A stretch of DNA of 64,000 nucleotides from Eledone cirrhosa (Eukaryota), in the NCBI GenBank assembly GCA_964016885.1, contig OZ024755.1:45011806-45075805 (forward strand), in the 5' to 3' direction. The notes below the pieces were generated by a model, which saw nothing but the letters and a program-made list of their open reading frames with translations, was not told where the DNA came from and searched no databases. Both the position numbers and the translations under genes were made by a program. Of the stretch, positions 61,888-64,000 are shown piece by piece. The stretch's first letter is position 1; each line of letters starts with the position of its first letter.

Positions 61888-63798
61888 CTACCCCCCCGGG
61901 TCATTATGGGGTTTGAGGGCGAGGTAAGTCCTACGCAATCTATGTTTACATGCAGTAACCAGTTCATCTTTCTTGTTTAGGAGTTGGTCCGTCGAAAACA
62001 GCATTTGTAAAGTTTCCTCCGAGCATAAATTGCACGGACGGCGTCCTCCCGTGTAAGAATTGGCTCTGGACAGTAATCTCCAAGTGAGATCATAGGTGAT
62101 GTTGTTGTCCTTGAGGTCCCATATGTGGCCCGAAAGTGTAGTGGCGTGACGCCGGGCCGGGTTTCGGAAGGTATGTCTATGTTGGTATAGCCGGGTCTTG
62201 AAGTCACATGCGGTAAGTCCTATATAGGCTTTGTTGGAGGTATCCGTCCTCACGTTGCACTGGTAGATCACATTACGGTCTCTGCATCTATTGTCGAGTG
62301 GGCAAATAGATCTATCCGGGCAGTTACACCTCCTGGTCGGTTCTCCACTGCTAATTAGGTTATTTCTGCCATCGGGGTTGAGTTTTTTGTTGTTAGAGGA
62401 GACGATGTTTTGTGCGAAGTTTGGTGTAGTGCTGTAAGAGAGTTTGATGGTATTTTTGTTAATTATGTTGTGGTAGCGGTGTTGTAATGGGAAGTGTTTT
62501 TCAATGAGCCTAAAGAATAGTTTCCCGATGGGAGTAGTCACCTCTGCGTTGTGGGGAGGATTGAACCATGTTACATTGCGTGAGCGGCGGTGTCTCCTGC
62601 TGGTTCCGCTAATGGGAGCTGGGCAGTAGGATATTTCCTCCCGGAAACCACTCCGCTTGAGGGCCTGATTGTAATAAGGCGCATGTTCATCGAATATCCG
62701 CTCATTAGCTGACAAACGGGATATGCGGAGGGAGATGTTTTTGACCAGGTTGTTTGTGATGTTCCTAGGATGGTTTGATCGGCGGTGGATGTAGTGCAGA
62801 TTGTCATTAGGTTTCCTGTATGGGTAGTACAGGTCGTTTTCGAGATCGAGGGTTACGTCCAGGAAGTTTACTCGGGTCAGGGACGTTTGTAGGGTTATTT
62901 TAAATCCCCAGTCGCGGAAGAATCTGATTAATTGTTTCCGGACCCGATCTGTACTACTGGGGTTGTACCCTTTAAGGGTAAGGAGCCCATCATCACGGTA
63001 CAATCCACCACCGAATGCAGGAAACATATCAGTGAGTTTGGCTATTAGGAATAATCCTATAAGATCAGTGACCTCCGCCGAATCCGTGGCGCCCATGCTG
63101 ACGTCGAAGGGTGAGTCAGGAGCTCTTTTTATCCATTTAGAGTTGTCAAAGAGTAAGACTGTCTTCCTGGCGTGGAGGATGATTTTTCTTTCCTGGTCGG
63201 TGATGGGCACGAGTGTTTCGGCGAAGTCCAAGGCGGCAGTAAGTAGCGGTAAGGTGATTGAAGCATAGTAGCTCTCTATGTCGAACTGTATGAATTTAGT
63301 TTCTCGTTTATCCTCCATATTGCTGAACCAGGAGATTACTTCCTGGGTGTTGATCCATAGGCTAAGTCGGGTGTGTTGCTTGACTTTTGGTATCACGCGG
63401 TCTAGGATTTTTTTGCTGATTCTCCCTATGTCGGACTTCGTTGGGTTAATAAGCCTGATGGAGGGTTTACGGTCAAAATCGGATTTATGGTCCTTCAGTG
63501 TGAAGTATGGTGTCCGTGGGTCTAGAGGTTCCGTGCGGTCGGCGACCCCGAGGCTGGAGGTGATTTGTTGTCCATCTCGATTTATGTCCTCGATACAAGA
63601 GTGGTTGGCCTTTTTATAGGTGGAGTTTAGGCTGCTCCTGATGAGTGTGTGGTATCTGTCAGGGTTGACAAAGTATAGGTTCCCAGTTTTATCCGAATGC
63701 ACCATGATGTCATTTGTGTTATCATACTCTGTTAGGTTGCTACGGAGTTTTTGTAGGAATCGGTTGTGTCTGGGTTTAAATTTAATGTTCTTGACCAA
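61888..63798 (-). CDS. PLE reverse transcriptase with C-terminal GIY-YIG endonuclease (5'-truncated, 636 aa open)
   Basis: SDKTGN, DIESYYASI, MGATDSAEV, LYRDDGL, VNFLDV, YIHRRSNHP, CNC..CPL..C, VIY...YIGLT..FKTRL..H. Confidence 0.93.
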   Translation of the reverse strand: MVKNIKFKPRHNRFLQKLRSNLTEYDNTNDIMVHSDKTGNLYFVNPDRYHTLIRSSLNSTYKKANHSCIEDINRDGQQITSSLGVADRTEPLDPRTPYFTLKDHKSDFDRKPSIRLINPTKSDIGRISKKILDRVIPKVKQHTRLSLWINTQEVISWFSNMEDKRETKFIQFDIESYYASITLPLLTAALDFAETLVPITDQERKIILHARKTVLLFDNSKWIKRAPDSPFDVSMGATDSAEVTDLIGLFLIAKLTDMFPAFGGGLYRDDGLLTLKGYNPSSTDRVRKQLIRFFRDWGFKITLQTSLTRVNFLDVTLDLENDLYYPYRKPNDNLHYIHRRSNHPRNITNNLVKNISLRISRLSANERIFDEHAPYYNQALKRSGFREEISYCPAPISGTSRRHRRSRNVTWFNPPHNAEVTTPIGKLFFRLIEKHFPLQHRYHNIINKNTIKLSYSTTPNFAQNIVSSNNKKLNPDGRNNLISSGEPTRRCNCPDRSICPLDNRCRDRNVIYQCNVRTDTSNKAYIGLTACDFKTRLYQHRHTFRNPARRHATTLSGHIWDLKDNNITYDLTWRLLSRANSYTGGRRPCNLCSEETLQMLFSTDQLLNKKDELVTACKHRLRRTYLALKPHNDPGG

Positions 63799-64000
63799 TT
63801 TTCATTTAGTCCAGAATTAGCCGTCGAAACGGCTTGAGCTCAGCTGTCGGGGTCTTACTGGTTCCTATTACCCACTCTACTACCTCAAGTATTGAGTACT
63901 TTGGTGCGTTATGGTCCACCTGGTTCCTTACCACATTTCCTTCGTTATATATATATGCATATATATATATATATATATATATGCATATATATATATATAT

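Larger units (their letters stand above)
60603..63947 (-). mobile_element. Young PLE with inverted terminal arms (60603-60755 / 63797-63947), inserted in (TA)n
   Basis: Uninterrupted RT + GIY-YIG ORF, ~1.3-kb 3' region, inverted ~150-bp ends. Confidence 0.93.

Noticed and set aside
60603-63947. DNA transposon with terminal inverted repeats
   Set aside because: It encodes RT + GIY-YIG rather than a transposase; the inverted arm truncates the ORF, as expected for a PLE inverted pseudo-LTR.

Overview
Eukaryotic, AT-rich, repeat-dominated window, probably from a coleoid cephalopod (octopus-like; inferred from SINE/LINE content, not proven). Bases 1-21.8 kb are a 32-bp satellite with higher-order duplications. 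All the ORFs listed there and in the (TA)n tracts are spurious. The rest looks like intronic DNA of a SORBS/CAP-family (SH3) gene: one clean 111-bp exon lies at 43425-43535, and a second, signal-peptide-encoding candidate first exon lies at 50507-50680. This region holds RTE LINEs (with a PHD-type finger inside the RT region), a CR1-clade LINE, an Expander/Rex3-like LINE, tRNA-derived SINEs, a non-autonomous Helitron and two more satellites. The most notable signal is about ten Penelope-like-element (PLE)/retrozyme-type insertions in or beside (TA)n tracts. Seven distinct families carry hand-foldable type I hammerhead ribozymes, including U3-A8 and U4A core variants, and an eighth has only a partial motif. 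These insertions include non-coding near-perfect palindromes with a ribozyme on each arm, a 487-nt cleavage-site-to-cleavage-site monomer, and fold-back 5' junctions. All ribozyme calls are manual folds and have not been tested.
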